A stretch of DNA of 61,384 nt, counting the filler, from Nanobdellota archaeon (GTDB lineage: Archaea > Nanobdellota > Nanobdellia > Woesearchaeales > CAZZGN01), in assembly GCA_051819665.1 (NCBI GenBank). It is 4 parts of 4 records of this genome, joined end to end, with 100 filler letters (N's around TTAATTAATTAA, not from the genome) between each part and the next. Parts side by side here need not be neighbours in the genome. Positions count along the whole stretch, not along the records: positions 16,032 to 31,838 come from JBNJDG010000024.1; 3 more parts are not named here. The stretch is one strand, 5' to 3'. Positions within the stretch are counted from its first letter, which is position 1. Every line of letters begins with the position of its first letter. Made by a program: the position numbers and the translations under genes. Shown here one piece after another: positions 19,001-28,066 of the stretch. The notes beneath the pieces are model-generated. The model did no database searches, was not told the DNA's origin, and worked only from the letters and a program-made list of their open reading frames with translations.

Positions 19001-20200
19001 GATACCCACCTGCTTACAGACGGGCTTCATAATTTCAGTGTATCTGCTGAAGATAAGACAGGTAATAGAAGAACACTCACTTACAGCTTCAACATCACCA
19101 ATACGATAGAAGAAACCTTTGACACAAAAGGCGATCCCAATTCAAGCACAGCTTATGCTGAAAACCTGAGCAGAATCATGGTAGAGAGGATCGAAGGCCT
19201 TAATTCAAGCAACATAACCGTAAAGAAGAAAGATATCGAGACAGACAAACTCGGAAAGATAATAGGAAGAGCAGATATTAACGCTTCTACTGCCTTCAAT
19301 TCGACAATAATAGCCACAATACCGGTATCAACAGGAAAAGACAACATAACGTTTTACGCAGACCATGGCAATGGACTTGAGAGAGCAGAGTTCAGTTATA
19401 TAGACACTGCCGAATACCACCGTTTTTCTATAAAGACAGAAGAATACTCCGACTTCGTATGGGGTGAATATCCTTCCTGTCCCGAGAATATAGATTACAA
19501 GTGTTACTGCGGTGATGAGCTCAGGGAAGACGGATACTGCTGCTCAGGCGACTGGCAGAGCTCTTCCTGTGAAGATGACACAGAGGACAGCTCAAGCCCT
19601 TCAGGTGGCGGAACTTCCAGCGGCGGAGGAGGCTTAAGCCCATCTGTCTCTGAGAAGAACATCAGCGAAGGTATAACCAAAACACTCTATTACCCTGAGA
19701 ACGGGGATATTATAGACCTGAGCTCCTACAATACAAGGCTTGAGAATATCACCATCCTAACAGAAGAGGAGTTCAGGAAGCTTGAGTTCTCCATAAAAGC
19801 AGGAGAAGAGAGATTCACGATAAACTCTTCCGAAGACATAATGCTCAATATAACCCTTAAGGACCTTGAAGGGAAGACCATCAATGGTGAGGAGATTAAA
19901 AAATATAATGAAGCATTCTACTTAATATCAGAACCGGGAGAATTCATTATTGAAGAAAAGATCACTGAAACAGCCAAAACCAGCAGAGATAATGAAACAG
20001 AAAATACCACTGAAGAAGTGAACAAGAGTGAAGTAAAAGACAGAGAGAACGAAAGTGAGCTCAGTGTCTCATGGGAGAACCAAACAGGAAAAAAGAATGA
20101 TGATGAGGTTAATGAAGGATTCTCCCCCTATATCATAGGAGCGATACTTTTAGGCTTGATAATAGCCATACTCCTGATAATATGGAAGATAAGAAGATGA
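16034..20200 (+). CDS. Large membrane-anchored papain-like (C1A) cysteine peptidase with N-terminal DUF333-like domain and Ig-like repeats (5' partial)
   Basis: Frame open from 16034: LLVILLICTTSVYA signal then NPAAEFC...G.E.GVC...DAWEHFR; catalytic QGECGACWAF, GGHAI, KNSWGTSWGEDGYF; repeated D..AP.I and D.AGN motifs; C-terminal TM plus KIRR. Confidence 0.9.
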   Translation, partial: LLVILLICTTSVYAIGNPAAEFCTDNGNDYRKRTDSEGNEFGVCIVDGNLVDAWEHFRKNKGSKEEKTFSLMSTDEEPEGLKFKQSTSEPDITYEEDSLKVSSGSGETDYREGNWTTPVKNQGECGACWAFSVIGVADTMMNLNINDSDYDMDLSEQHLTSCDDSCYDSEHCQEGCSGGYLDLAFQFSVDNGILEESCFPYSESDEQCSNKCSDWENQLSGVDDYLKVNNNIDSVKYALDKFGPVSMAMEACEKFKNYTGGVYYNESEPDSCGGHAIVFVGYNDTGEYFIGKNSWGTSWGEDGYFRIHYNESAGDYTELKNTHKILYLDDAYVINNTDTDNDNFTDKEDNCPKTAGNNSGCPDTTPPTIHNITLSDYIFKNGSMVAVIVNATDNYSVSSVEAEGISLNQNGSIWKDNISLSEPPLEINATDINGNSVINDSVNFTIDDKAPEIDNISIEPKIAGNNTNISLAFDYREDHFREANITIEDKAFHLDNHTNNSMNFSYHVNGSLGEGNHSISMTIHDKAGNNRTRNSSLIIDLYGPVIGSIEPEKERVRTNDTIGIIVNITETFLKNVTANDEELDCNEELCNGTIKINKSTIEVFAEDILSNNTTMNETIIIDDKAPEINISAPSYHNSYYVPVNITSDENVTCKINDKDHELKKNTSHKRYIYSKNGSINASCEDLAGNPSLNNTSTIIDTERPEVNITINESGKYHNEPVLINITATDNNETKTARWYNNTWVNESEFVLDHSLEDDRLYYSAIDMAGNTAFRKSIELVYDDEKPKIWNISAERNLAPNQEFRIEIFTDGGTGNISLDNKTYELTEDMRSELKAPEEDGEYKADINISDLAGNTAGRSFNITVNSSVPSIIPNITNNSYIENNSLLEVNHTGEQAWYNISGKIENLTGSITINKTTNITFHSNNSEYNTTKEYRYIIDEKKPEIDITSHSNNSRINGTLDIRTNITDEAGIESRSLLIDDEPQQDFRTDTHLLTDGLHNFSVSAEDKTGNRRTLTYSFNITNTIEETFDTKGDPNSSTAYAENLSRIMVERIEGLNSSNITVKKKDIETDKLGKIIGRADINASTAFNSTIIATIPVSTGKDNITFYADHGNGLERAEFSYIDTAEYHRFSIKTEEYSDFVWGEYPSCPENIDYKCYCGDELREDGYCCSGDWQSSSCEDDTEDSSSPSGGGTSSGGGGLSPSVSEKNISEGITKTLYYPENGDIIDLSSYNTRLENITILTEEEFRKLEFSIKAGEERFTINSSEDIMLNITLKDLEGKTINGEEIKKYNEAFYLISEPGEFIIEEKITETAKTSRDNETENTTEEVNKSEVKDRENESELSVSWENQTGKKNDDEVNEGFSPYIIGAILLGLIIAILLIIWKIRR

Positions 20201-20664
20201 GATGTTTCCCGGCTGTATATGATGAAAGGACGAAGGTCCTCATCCTGGGCAGTTTCCCCGGAGAGGAATCCCTGAGGAAAGGACAGTATTACGGGAATAA
20301 GAGGAACCAGTTCTGGAAGATCATAGGAGAGATGATAAACGAAGACATGTTGGTTATGGATTACAGGCAGAGATTAAAAACCCTCAAAGATAACAGAATC
20401 GGGCTTTGGGATGTAGTGTCTTCCTGTGAGAGAGAAGGGAGCTTAGACAATAACATAAAGGACGCTGAGTTCAATGATATAGACAGTCTTGAGCTTCCTG
20501 ATCTTAAGATCATATGCTTCAACGGCAGGAAAGCCTATTCGAGAGCAGGTAGGATAAACAAGAATGTAAAAAAAGCCCTCCTTCCCTCGACAAGCCCGGC
20601 TAATGCTATCAAGTTCGAAAAAAAGCTCAATGAATGGAGAATCATTTCAGAATATATACCATAA
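20197..20664 (+). CDS. UDG-superfamily glycosylase (family 6, hypoxanthine/deoxyinosine DNA glycosylase-like)
   Basis: ILGSFPG..SL...QYY...NQFW, GLWDV, GSLD, LPSTSPAN. Confidence 0.88.
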   Translation: MRCFPAVYDERTKVLILGSFPGEESLRKGQYYGNKRNQFWKIIGEMINEDMLVMDYRQRLKTLKDNRIGLWDVVSSCEREGSLDNNIKDAEFNDIDSLELPDLKIICFNGRKAYSRAGRINKNVKKALLPSTSPANAIKFEKKLNEWRIISEYIP

Positions 20665-20697
20665 AGGTTATAAAATACTCCTTCTTCTTACATATAT

Positions 20698-21651
20698 ATG
20701 ATAAGGAAAAAACAATTCATCAAGGACCTCAATAAGGACGATATAGTTAACGATGTCTTCGTAATAAAATTCAAGAAACCAGTGGAGACCTATAAGAACG
20801 GTTTCCGGTTCGAGCTGAGAGTTGGAGACAGTACTAAGGAGATTATGCTTAAGTACTGGGGCTCGGATGATGAGAATTATGTGAGGAAACTCTATGACTC
20901 TCTGGAGAAAGGCGATGTCATCTTAGTCCAGGGAAGGATCAACGAATGGAGGGACAAGCTCGAGATCTCGGCTAATGAGAGATGCGAGATAAGGAAACTT
21001 GAAGAGGGAGAATACGACCCGAAGGATTTCATTAAACAGAGCAGTGAAGATAAGGAGAAGATGTGGAATGATTTCTCAGAGATGATCAAGGACATAGAGA
21101 ACGAGGATATAAGGAAGGTCCTCGAAGAGTTCTTCCACAATCAGGATTTTGCAGAGAAGTTCAAGGAATCACCTGCTGCCATGTACATCCATCACGGCTG
21201 GGTTTCAGGCCTCCTTGAGCATTCCCTCTCTGTAACGAAGATAGCCAGGGATTTCTGCAGGACACACAACATGGACAAGGACCTTGTCACGGCAGGAGCT
21301 ATGCTCCATGACATAGGCAAAGTGAAAGAGTTCAACATGACCACCAGCATAAACGTGACTACAGAAGGTATGCTGATAGGGCATGTCACAATAGGCACAA
21401 AGATGCTCAATGATGTTATGGATAAGCTCCAGACACCGAGGAACATAAGGCTCAAGCTCCTGCATACGGTTCTTACACACATGGGAGAATACGGCAGCAG
21501 CAAACTGCCCGCCTTCCCGGAGGCTTATGCTGTCTTTTATGCGGACAGGGTGGACACTGACCTCACCCATATGATAACCATAAAAAACGAAGCACAGACC
21601 GAAGATGATTACATGTACGATAGACACATGGGCAATATTTACCTCAAATAG
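20698..21651 (+). CDS. YhaM/Cbf1-family 3'-5' exoribonuclease (OB fold plus HD)
   Basis: N-terminal OB fold, PAA..HH...GLLEHS, LHDIGK, GMLIGH. Confidence 0.88.
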   Translation: MIRKKQFIKDLNKDDIVNDVFVIKFKKPVETYKNGFRFELRVGDSTKEIMLKYWGSDDENYVRKLYDSLEKGDVILVQGRINEWRDKLEISANERCEIRKLEEGEYDPKDFIKQSSEDKEKMWNDFSEMIKDIENEDIRKVLEEFFHNQDFAEKFKESPAAMYIHHGWVSGLLEHSLSVTKIARDFCRTHNMDKDLVTAGAMLHDIGKVKEFNMTTSINVTTEGMLIGHVTIGTKMLNDVMDKLQTPRNIRLKLLHTVLTHMGEYGSSKLPAFPEAYAVFYADRVDTDLTHMITIKNEAQTEDDYMYDRHMGNIYLK

Positions 21652-21733
21652 CCCCTTTTTTTCATCTTTTCCGGAGTTTTTGCAATAAAACAGAGGTAAA
21701 GCACTTAAATCATCTTTCCCTTGACTTTCTTCT

Positions 21734-22384
21734 ATGCAGACGATGAAGGAACTGCCCTGGTTCATAAGGCCATGGCATAAGATAAAGGAGAATGGCATAG
21801 AATACCTCGATGATTCTGAGCTTTTATCGGTGATATTCGTGAAAGGCAACAACGGTACAAGCTCCCTTGACCTCTCGAGAAAGCTCTTGGAGAGATATAA
21901 CCTGACTGATCTCAACTCATGCAGCCTCGATGAGCTCACAAGGATCCTCGGCAGGGTAAAAGCATACCAGATGATGTCCCTCGGAGAGTTGATGAAAAGG
22001 CATTCTAAGCTGAAAAGGAAAGGTTTCAGGAAAGAGATAACAAAACCTGAAGATGTTTATAACATGTTCTATGATGATATGAAGGGAAAGAAGAGAGAAC
22101 ATTTCTATGCTTTGTTCCTCGATACTAAGAACAGGGTGATAAAAAAAGAGCTCATCTCAGTAGGAACACTGAACCAGTCCATTGTCCATCCCAGAGATGT
22201 ATTCAGGGAAGCGATAAGGAACTCTGCAGCCTCCATAATACTCATGCACAACCATCCAAGTGGTGATCCTCAACCAAGTGAGGAAGACAGGAAAATCACA
22301 GAAGTTATGAAGAGATCAGGAGAGCTTATTGGTATCAAGGTCCTTGATCATATAGTGATCGGAGAATGGTTCTCCCATGCCTAG
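21734..22384 (+). CDS. radC: RadC/JAB-domain protein
   Basis: GTLNQSIVHPRDVF, HNHPSGDPQPS.ED, LDHIVIG. Confidence 0.93.
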   Translation: MQTMKELPWFIRPWHKIKENGIEYLDDSELLSVIFVKGNNGTSSLDLSRKLLERYNLTDLNSCSLDELTRILGRVKAYQMMSLGELMKRHSKLKRKGFRKEITKPEDVYNMFYDDMKGKKREHFYALFLDTKNRVIKKELISVGTLNQSIVHPRDVFREAIRNSAASIILMHNHPSGDPQPSEEDRKITEVMKRSGELIGIKVLDHIVIGEWFSHA

Positions 22385-22953
22385 TATTCCTGCTCAAGAC
22401 CGTAAAGGAAATCGCTGACCACTTTCACTCTAGGCTTAGCAAGTTCTTTACCTTTCTTAGTCTCGAACTCCTTACCAAGGTTCTCAAGTCTCTGGAGAAG
22501 CTTCATTATATTCTTCTCAGCATGGGCAGAATAAGCTACACCTCTTATTATACCTGTATATCCGAGATGATCGAGCCTGTCAGCATCACGAAGAACCTTG
22601 ACCTCCATGGGGGTTACATCCTCATCATGGGCTGACCAGATATCATGCTCTCTTATGGCTCTCAGGATGAGCTCGATCTGCTGCTTAGTGAAATCCTTCT
22701 CCCTGAGGAAATCCCTGGCTATATTCTCGCTGGTCTTAGCATATTCGTCTTTATAGAATTTCTTTGCATAAGCTATGTCGTGGAGAAGAGCAGCAGCCTT
22801 GAGGACGTCCATATCCACATCCTCTGTCTGCCCGATAAGCACGACATTCTTGAAAACCCTCATCACATGAGCGTAGTTATGTCCTGAAGGCTCATCCTCG
22901 AGACCCTCCTTGACCTTCTCCCTGATATAGCTGAAGTCTATCATATAATTCAT
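22381..22953 (-). CDS. HD-domain phosphohydrolase
   Basis: GHNYAHVMRV, ALLHDI, DADRLD.LG..GI.R. Confidence 0.9.
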   Translation of the reverse strand: MNYMIDFSYIREKVKEGLEDEPSGHNYAHVMRVFKNVVLIGQTEDVDMDVLKAAALLHDIAYAKKFYKDEYAKTSENIARDFLREKDFTKQQIELILRAIREHDIWSAHDEDVTPMEVKVLRDADRLDHLGYTGIIRGVAYSAHAEKNIMKLLQRLENLGKEFETKKGKELAKPRVKVVSDFLYGLEQEY

Positions 22954-23033
22954 TCAGATGTTAATTCATATTTAAATGTTATGTCACTCAAATTTCAAAA
23001 AAATTTATAAGGAGGTCTTATGAGAAAGACTAT

Positions 23034-24512
23034 ATGAAAGATATAAACCCTCCAGTATATTATACTTCGGCTGCTCTTATTCTGCTCGTTGTTGCTCTGG
23101 GGGTGACTATGACTGATGCTTTCGAATCATCCGCAAAGGCCATAAATGATAGCATAAACTCAGGATTCGGTTGGTTCCTCACCATAAGCGTCACATTCTT
23201 CCTCGCCTTCAGTCTTTATCTCCTTTTCAGCAAATACGGTAGTTTAAGGCTCTCTCCCGATAATTCCAAACCCAAGCACAGTTTCATGACGTGGCTTGCT
23301 ATGCTCTTCAGCGCAGGCATGGGTATAGGTCTCCTCTTCTATGGTGTTGCCGAGCCTGTGCTTCATTACGCTAAACCTCCTGCCGGTTCGGGAGAGACGG
23401 TTGCAGCAGCACAGACAGCGATGGATTTCAGTTTCCTCCACTGGGGCTTCCATGCATGGGCTACATACATAGTCATAGGTCTTGCTATAGCATACTTCAG
23501 CTACAGGAAAGGTTATCCTCTCTCCATAAGGTATGCCTTCTATCCTGTCTTCGGCAACAAGATATACGGGTGGACAGGACATATCATTGAAATTCTCGCA
23601 GTCATGGGAACACTTTTCGGTGTCTCCACATCTCTCGGGTTAGGCGCGATGCAGGTTAATTCAGGATTGAGCTTCCTGACTGGGATACCCAACTCTACGT
23701 TCGTCCAGGTCATCATAATAGCCGGTATCACAGCAATGGCGCTCACATCTGTAGTTTCAGGCATAAACAAAGGGATGAAATGGATCAGCACATTCAACAT
23801 AAGCATAGGTGCACTTCTTCTGCTCTTTGTGATAATAGCAGGACCCACTGTATTCATCCTGAAAGCTTTCATACAGAACATGGGGCATTTCTTCCAGGAC
23901 ATCATCGGCCTTTCACTATGGAACCAGGCATTCGACGGCGGAGACTGGCAGAACAAATGGACTATATTCTACTGGAGCTGGTGGATCGCATGGTCGCCTT
24001 ATGTAGGGATCTTCATCGCAAGGATATCGAAGGGAAGGACTATAAGAGAATTCATCGCAGGTGTTCTCTTCGTACCGAGCGTGTTCAGCTTCCTATGGCT
24101 TACCGCTTTCGGGTCAACAGGTATAAGGCAGCATCTTCTCGGGGACCCGCATGTCCTGAATGCTGTTCAGGAGAACATCACCACTGCATTGTTCCAGTTC
24201 CTTCATCATTTCCCCCTTACAGAAGTTGTGAGTATAGTCACAACAATTGTGATAATAACATTCTTTGTCACATCCTCGGATTCGGGTTCTTTCGTCATAG
24301 ATATGATAACCTCGGGAGGTTCTCCGAATCCGCCTGTCAAGAGCAAAGTCTTCTGGTCGCTTCTTGAAGGCACGGTCGCTGCAGTTCTTCTTCTCGGAGG
24401 AGGATTAGTTGCACTCCAGACAGCCACCGTCTCCATGGGGCTTCCGTTTGCCATCGTGCTGATAATCTTATGCTACAGCCTCCACAAGACTCTCAAGACC
24501 GAGAATGTCTAA
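23034..24512 (+). CDS. BCCT-family betaine/carnitine/choline transporter
   Basis: WLAMLFSAGMGIGL, HWGFHAW, WTIFYWSWWIAWSPYVG.FIARIS.GRTIREF, TSSDS. Confidence 0.96.
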   Translation: MKDINPPVYYTSAALILLVVALGVTMTDAFESSAKAINDSINSGFGWFLTISVTFFLAFSLYLLFSKYGSLRLSPDNSKPKHSFMTWLAMLFSAGMGIGLLFYGVAEPVLHYAKPPAGSGETVAAAQTAMDFSFLHWGFHAWATYIVIGLAIAYFSYRKGYPLSIRYAFYPVFGNKIYGWTGHIIEILAVMGTLFGVSTSLGLGAMQVNSGLSFLTGIPNSTFVQVIIIAGITAMALTSVVSGINKGMKWISTFNISIGALLLLFVIIAGPTVFILKAFIQNMGHFFQDIIGLSLWNQAFDGGDWQNKWTIFYWSWWIAWSPYVGIFIARISKGRTIREFIAGVLFVPSVFSFLWLTAFGSTGIRQHLLGDPHVLNAVQENITTALFQFLHHFPLTEVVSIVTTIVIITFFVTSSDSGSFVIDMITSGGSPNPPVKSKVFWSLLEGTVAAVLLLGGGLVALQTATVSMGLPFAIVLIILCYSLHKTLKTENV

Positions 24513-24515
24513 GAA

Positions 24516-25781
24516 CTATTCAGGCAGGATCTGCGGGATGATCTTCTCTTCAGAGAACTCCTCGATATCATCATAACCCTGGCCTTTCCCTATGAAGAGT
24601 ATAGGCTTTCCAGTGACGTAAGATACTGATATCGAAGCTCCTCCTTTCTCATCAACATCCACTTTAGATATTATCGAACCGTCTATACCCACAGCATCAT
24701 TGAATTTCCTGGCCTGCTCCACACAATCATTCCCTGTAAGAGAATCACCGACGAAAAGCTTCATGTCAGGTTTGACTACTCTTATGAGCTTCTTAAGCTC
24801 GTCCATCAGGTTAGTGTTGGAATGCTGTCTTCCAGCAGTGTCTATGAGAACCACATCAACACCTCTGGCTTTTGCGTAATCCACAGCATCATAAGCGACA
24901 GCAGCCGCATCAGAGCCATAATCATGCTTGATCATCTTTATGTCAAGATTATTAGCATGCTCTTCCAGCTGATGTATAGCAGCCGCCCTGAAAGTGTCGG
25001 AAGCTGCAAGGGCAACAGTTAACCCGTTCTTCATGAGATAATTCGCTATCTTTGCCAGATTAGTGGTCTTGCCTGTCCCGTTTATGCCGACGAAAGATAT
25101 CACGAAGGGTTTCTTCGCTTTGACCTTATCGATGAAAGATGTCTCATCTGATTTCAGTATCTCTTTGAAACTGTTCCTTAACGTCTCTGTTATGATATCT
25201 TTTACTTTTCCTCTTAATACCTTAGTATCGACAAGCTCTGATTTGAGGTCCTGCTTGATCTTCTCTATGACCTCTACAGCGACATTATTCTCCAACAGGA
25301 CAACTTCCAGATCAAAGAATAGGTCCTCGAACTCAGAATCAGATAATGATTTTTTCGTGATCTTCTCCTTTATCTTCCCGAAGAAACCCGGTTTCTTCAT
25401 ACCTTCGAGCTTCTCCTCATCTTCATTAAGATCTTTCTCTACAGCCTCGAGCTTATCGGAAGATTCTTCTTCGGAGGATGGTTTCTCTTCTTTCTTATCG
25501 CTCTCCTCAGGCTTAGTTGATTCTTTCTTTTCAGAAACAGATCCTTTTTCTTCAGCTTTCTCCTTGCCTTCCACAAGCTCCTGCACTTGCTCCTTATCGT
25601 CCGGCTTCTCTTCCGAAGATTCTTCCTGAGGAGCTTCCTTCCCTTCAACGGGTTCTTTCTCGGCAGATTCTTCTTTCTCTTCTTCAGCAGGAGCTTCTTC
25701 CTCTGCTGCCTCATCAGGATCAGCGTGTTTAGAGAACTTTGATACCGCGCCCTTAAGCTTGTTCTTGAGATACTTAAACAT
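24516..25781 (-). CDS. ftsY: Signal recognition particle receptor FtsY
   Basis: Acidic A domain, GINGTGKTT, DTFRAAA, DTAGR, GQGYDD. Confidence 0.97.
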   Translation of the reverse strand: MFKYLKNKLKGAVSKFSKHADPDEAAEEEAPAEEEKEESAEKEPVEGKEAPQEESSEEKPDDKEQVQELVEGKEKAEEKGSVSEKKESTKPEESDKKEEKPSSEEESSDKLEAVEKDLNEDEEKLEGMKKPGFFGKIKEKITKKSLSDSEFEDLFFDLEVVLLENNVAVEVIEKIKQDLKSELVDTKVLRGKVKDIITETLRNSFKEILKSDETSFIDKVKAKKPFVISFVGINGTGKTTNLAKIANYLMKNGLTVALAASDTFRAAAIHQLEEHANNLDIKMIKHDYGSDAAAVAYDAVDYAKARGVDVVLIDTAGRQHSNTNLMDELKKLIRVVKPDMKLFVGDSLTGNDCVEQARKFNDAVGIDGSIISKVDVDEKGGASISVSYVTGKPILFIGKGQGYDDIEEFSEEKIIPQILPE

Positions 25782-25786
25782 AATGA

Positions 25787-26185
25787 TCAGCCCTTCATGC
25801 TCTTATCGACTTCTTTCTCGAGAGTCTGCATCTGCAGGACTATCTTATCGAGATGCTCCCTCATCTCATCCTTATATTTCCTCAGGGATCTCATCTGTTC
25901 ATCGAGGAGTTTCTTGGCTTCCTCAACATCCTTGCCGACGACAGTTCCACTACCAACATTCACCTTAAGGTTCTTGTTATCCTTAAGCTCTGCCTTCGCG
26001 AAGATACCGTTGGAGATGGGCACAAGAATCTCATTACCCGGCTCTATCTGCTTGAACTCATCGAGGGACTGCCTGTTATACATGACTTCATCTATCTGCT
26101 CCTCGATCTTCTTCATCTGCTCTTCCGCCTTACTGGCAGATTCGTCAAGCTGCTGCATTTCCTTATACTTTTCTTTATAATCCAT
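25787..26185 (-). CDS. pfdA: Prefoldin alpha subunit
   Basis: Coiled coils flanking EILVPI...V.VGSG.VV; located between eIF6 and ftsY; ATG at 26185 preferred. Confidence 0.92.
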   Translation of the reverse strand: MDYKEKYKEMQQLDESASKAEEQMKKIEEQIDEVMYNRQSLDEFKQIEPGNEILVPISNGIFAKAELKDNKNLKVNVGSGTVVGKDVEEAKKLLDEQMRSLRKYKDEMREHLDKIVLQMQTLEKEVDKSMKG

Positions 26186-26864
26186 CTTCAACAAACCCAA
26201 ATACATGATCAAGGTGGTTCACTTCCGGACCTCCGGAGGCATCACCTACAATCAGACCTTTATCATTGACCAGGATACCGCTCCTCACGAAAGGATTCCC
26301 CATATTCACTGTGGATGTCTCGCTCTCAATACCCAATACTTCTTTTACGAAATCCACTTCGAACTGCTCAGCATCCCTGTGAACAGCACAACCTTTGCTG
26401 TTGAACGAGACTAACGAGCCAATAGTCGGGAGAGAAGCCACTTTGCCCCTCTTCACTTCCATACCCAGAGCTTCAGATATCTGCTTACCGGCCTTCTCAT
26501 CGAAATCAGGGCTTATCATGCACCCTGAATCATTACAGAACATATTATTCCCCAGAGCCGTAAGCTCTGTGTCTATAACCTTTACGCTGAAACTGTGCTT
26601 GCTGCCTATCTCCTCCAGTTTCTTGATCTCATTCGGGAAAGCTATCGAAGGGACAAGCAGGGAAGAACTATTGCCTGTCAGGAAAACTCCCAAAAGAGAT
26701 GTTCCCGCCAGGTTGAGCCTGTATACCGGCACATCAAGTATCTTAGAGATCTCCTCAGAGAGCTCTTCCGGGACTTCTCTGCCCAGAAGACAGAAATCAT
26801 CTGTCGCGTAACCGTACAACCCTACATTGGGATTTCCTGAAATATTCGTCCTTAAAAGATGCAT
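26175..26864 (-). CDS. eif6: Translation initiation factor aIF6
   Basis: GNPNVGLY, TALGN, TVNMGNPFVRSG, G.E motifs. Confidence 0.93.
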   Translation of the reverse strand: MHLLRTNISGNPNVGLYGYATDDFCLLGREVPEELSEEISKILDVPVYRLNLAGTSLLGVFLTGNSSSLLVPSIAFPNEIKKLEEIGSKHSFSVKVIDTELTALGNNMFCNDSGCMISPDFDEKAGKQISEALGMEVKRGKVASLPTIGSLVSFNSKGCAVHRDAEQFEVDFVKEVLGIESETSTVNMGNPFVRSGILVNDKGLIVGDASGGPEVNHLDHVFGFVEDGL

Positions 26865-26900
26865 AGGAGAGTGAGAGAATGGTGCGGTTTATAAAATTTT

Positions 26901-27653
26901 TCAATTGGCAGCTTCATTGAGCATATGGATATTGATCTCGCCGAAATGCTCCTTCTGGTCAAGATCCACTTTCCTCTGGTTAGTCAGATGCAGGAGAGGT
27001 ATGAAAGTATAGACCTTATCCTCCACCGAGTCTGAAGGCAGCAGGCTTGAGAAAGTCAGGGGCTCCTGCCGGGAAGTGTAATAATCCCTTATCTGATTAT
27101 AGAGATCATCGATGAGCACGGAGATATCTATGCTCTTCTCAGGAGCCTTCACTTCAGGAGCTTCATCGGGCTGTCTCTTCTCCCTCCTCGTCTTTACCTC
27201 AAGGGCTTTATCAAGAGCATCCACAAGATCATAGACGCTTATCTTCCTCTTCCTCGGCTGCGGAGCTCTTGGGATGAGCCTGTAATCCTCTTTCTTCCCG
27301 GAAGGTCCCTCGTCTTCCCCGGGCTGTTCTTCCATCTCCTGGGCAAGCTCTTCATAGAACTGTTCCTGAGTATCCTCATCCATGGCCATGAGCTTATCGA
27401 GCTCGTTGAGATCCTCATCCATGAGCTTATTTGACTTGAACCTGAGGAGCATAGCTGCAGCAAGGATGACCCTGCCCCCTATCCTGAAATCCATCTCCTG
27501 GAGCTTCTTCACCATATCCATGAATCTCTTGGAAAGCAGGGAGATATCAAGATCCCATGGGTCCATATCCTCTTTCTTCACCAGGTCGAAGATTATGGAT
27601 TTCCAGGTGATCTCGTCCTCTTTCATCAGTATGTCGAATATCTGGTCGTTCAT
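26901..27653 (-). CDS. scpA: Segregation and condensation protein A (kleisin)
   Basis: DPWDLDI, AAMLLRFKS, TFIPLLHL...Q.EHFGEI. Confidence 0.92.
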   Translation of the reverse strand: MNDQIFDILMKEDEITWKSIIFDLVKKEDMDPWDLDISLLSKRFMDMVKKLQEMDFRIGGRVILAAAMLLRFKSNKLMDEDLNELDKLMAMDEDTQEQFYEELAQEMEEQPGEDEGPSGKKEDYRLIPRAPQPRKRKISVYDLVDALDKALEVKTRREKRQPDEAPEVKAPEKSIDISVLIDDLYNQIRDYYTSRQEPLTFSSLLPSDSVEDKVYTFIPLLHLTNQRKVDLDQKEHFGEINIHMLNEAAN

Positions 27654-27812
27654 TTTGAAAATATACTTTTTACTATACTAGGATGTAAATATTTAAGAAT
27701 TATTTAAAGGTTTTGTTTTACTGACAGGAACATATTGTCTTTCTGGCATTTTATCACTTTTAAGTTACAAAATAACGAAAATTTTATAAATCTGAAAAGT
27801 TCCCTAAACAAT

Positions 27813-28061
27813 ATGAAGAAGCCAGATCCGATAAAGACCATTGGAATCACTCTCTTAGGATTATTCTCTGTAACGGCCTCTCACTATTTTCCCCAAGTTA
27901 ATAAAAACTATCAGGAAATGAAGGAATGTGAAGAGAAAATAGACAGCATAAAGACATACTTTAACAAGAAAGATTCCCTGAAAAGAAGCTACATGATGGA
28001 TAAGATGCCTCAAAAAAAATACGAATCAGCCATAGATTCTCTATACAACAGATACAACTGA
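27813..28061 (+). CDS. Small membrane-anchored hypothetical protein
   Basis: ATG at 27813 after TTTATAAA; N-terminal hydrophobic segment. Confidence 0.55.
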   Translation: MKKPDPIKTIGITLLGLFSVTASHYFPQVNKNYQEMKECEEKIDSIKTYFNKKDSLKRSYMMDKMPQKKYESAIDSLYNRYN

Positions 28062-28066
28062 TCTGA

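Noticed and set aside
21734..22384. RadC as a marker of a mobile element
   Set aside because: Full-length chromosomal-type protein; no integrase, transposase or att repeats nearby
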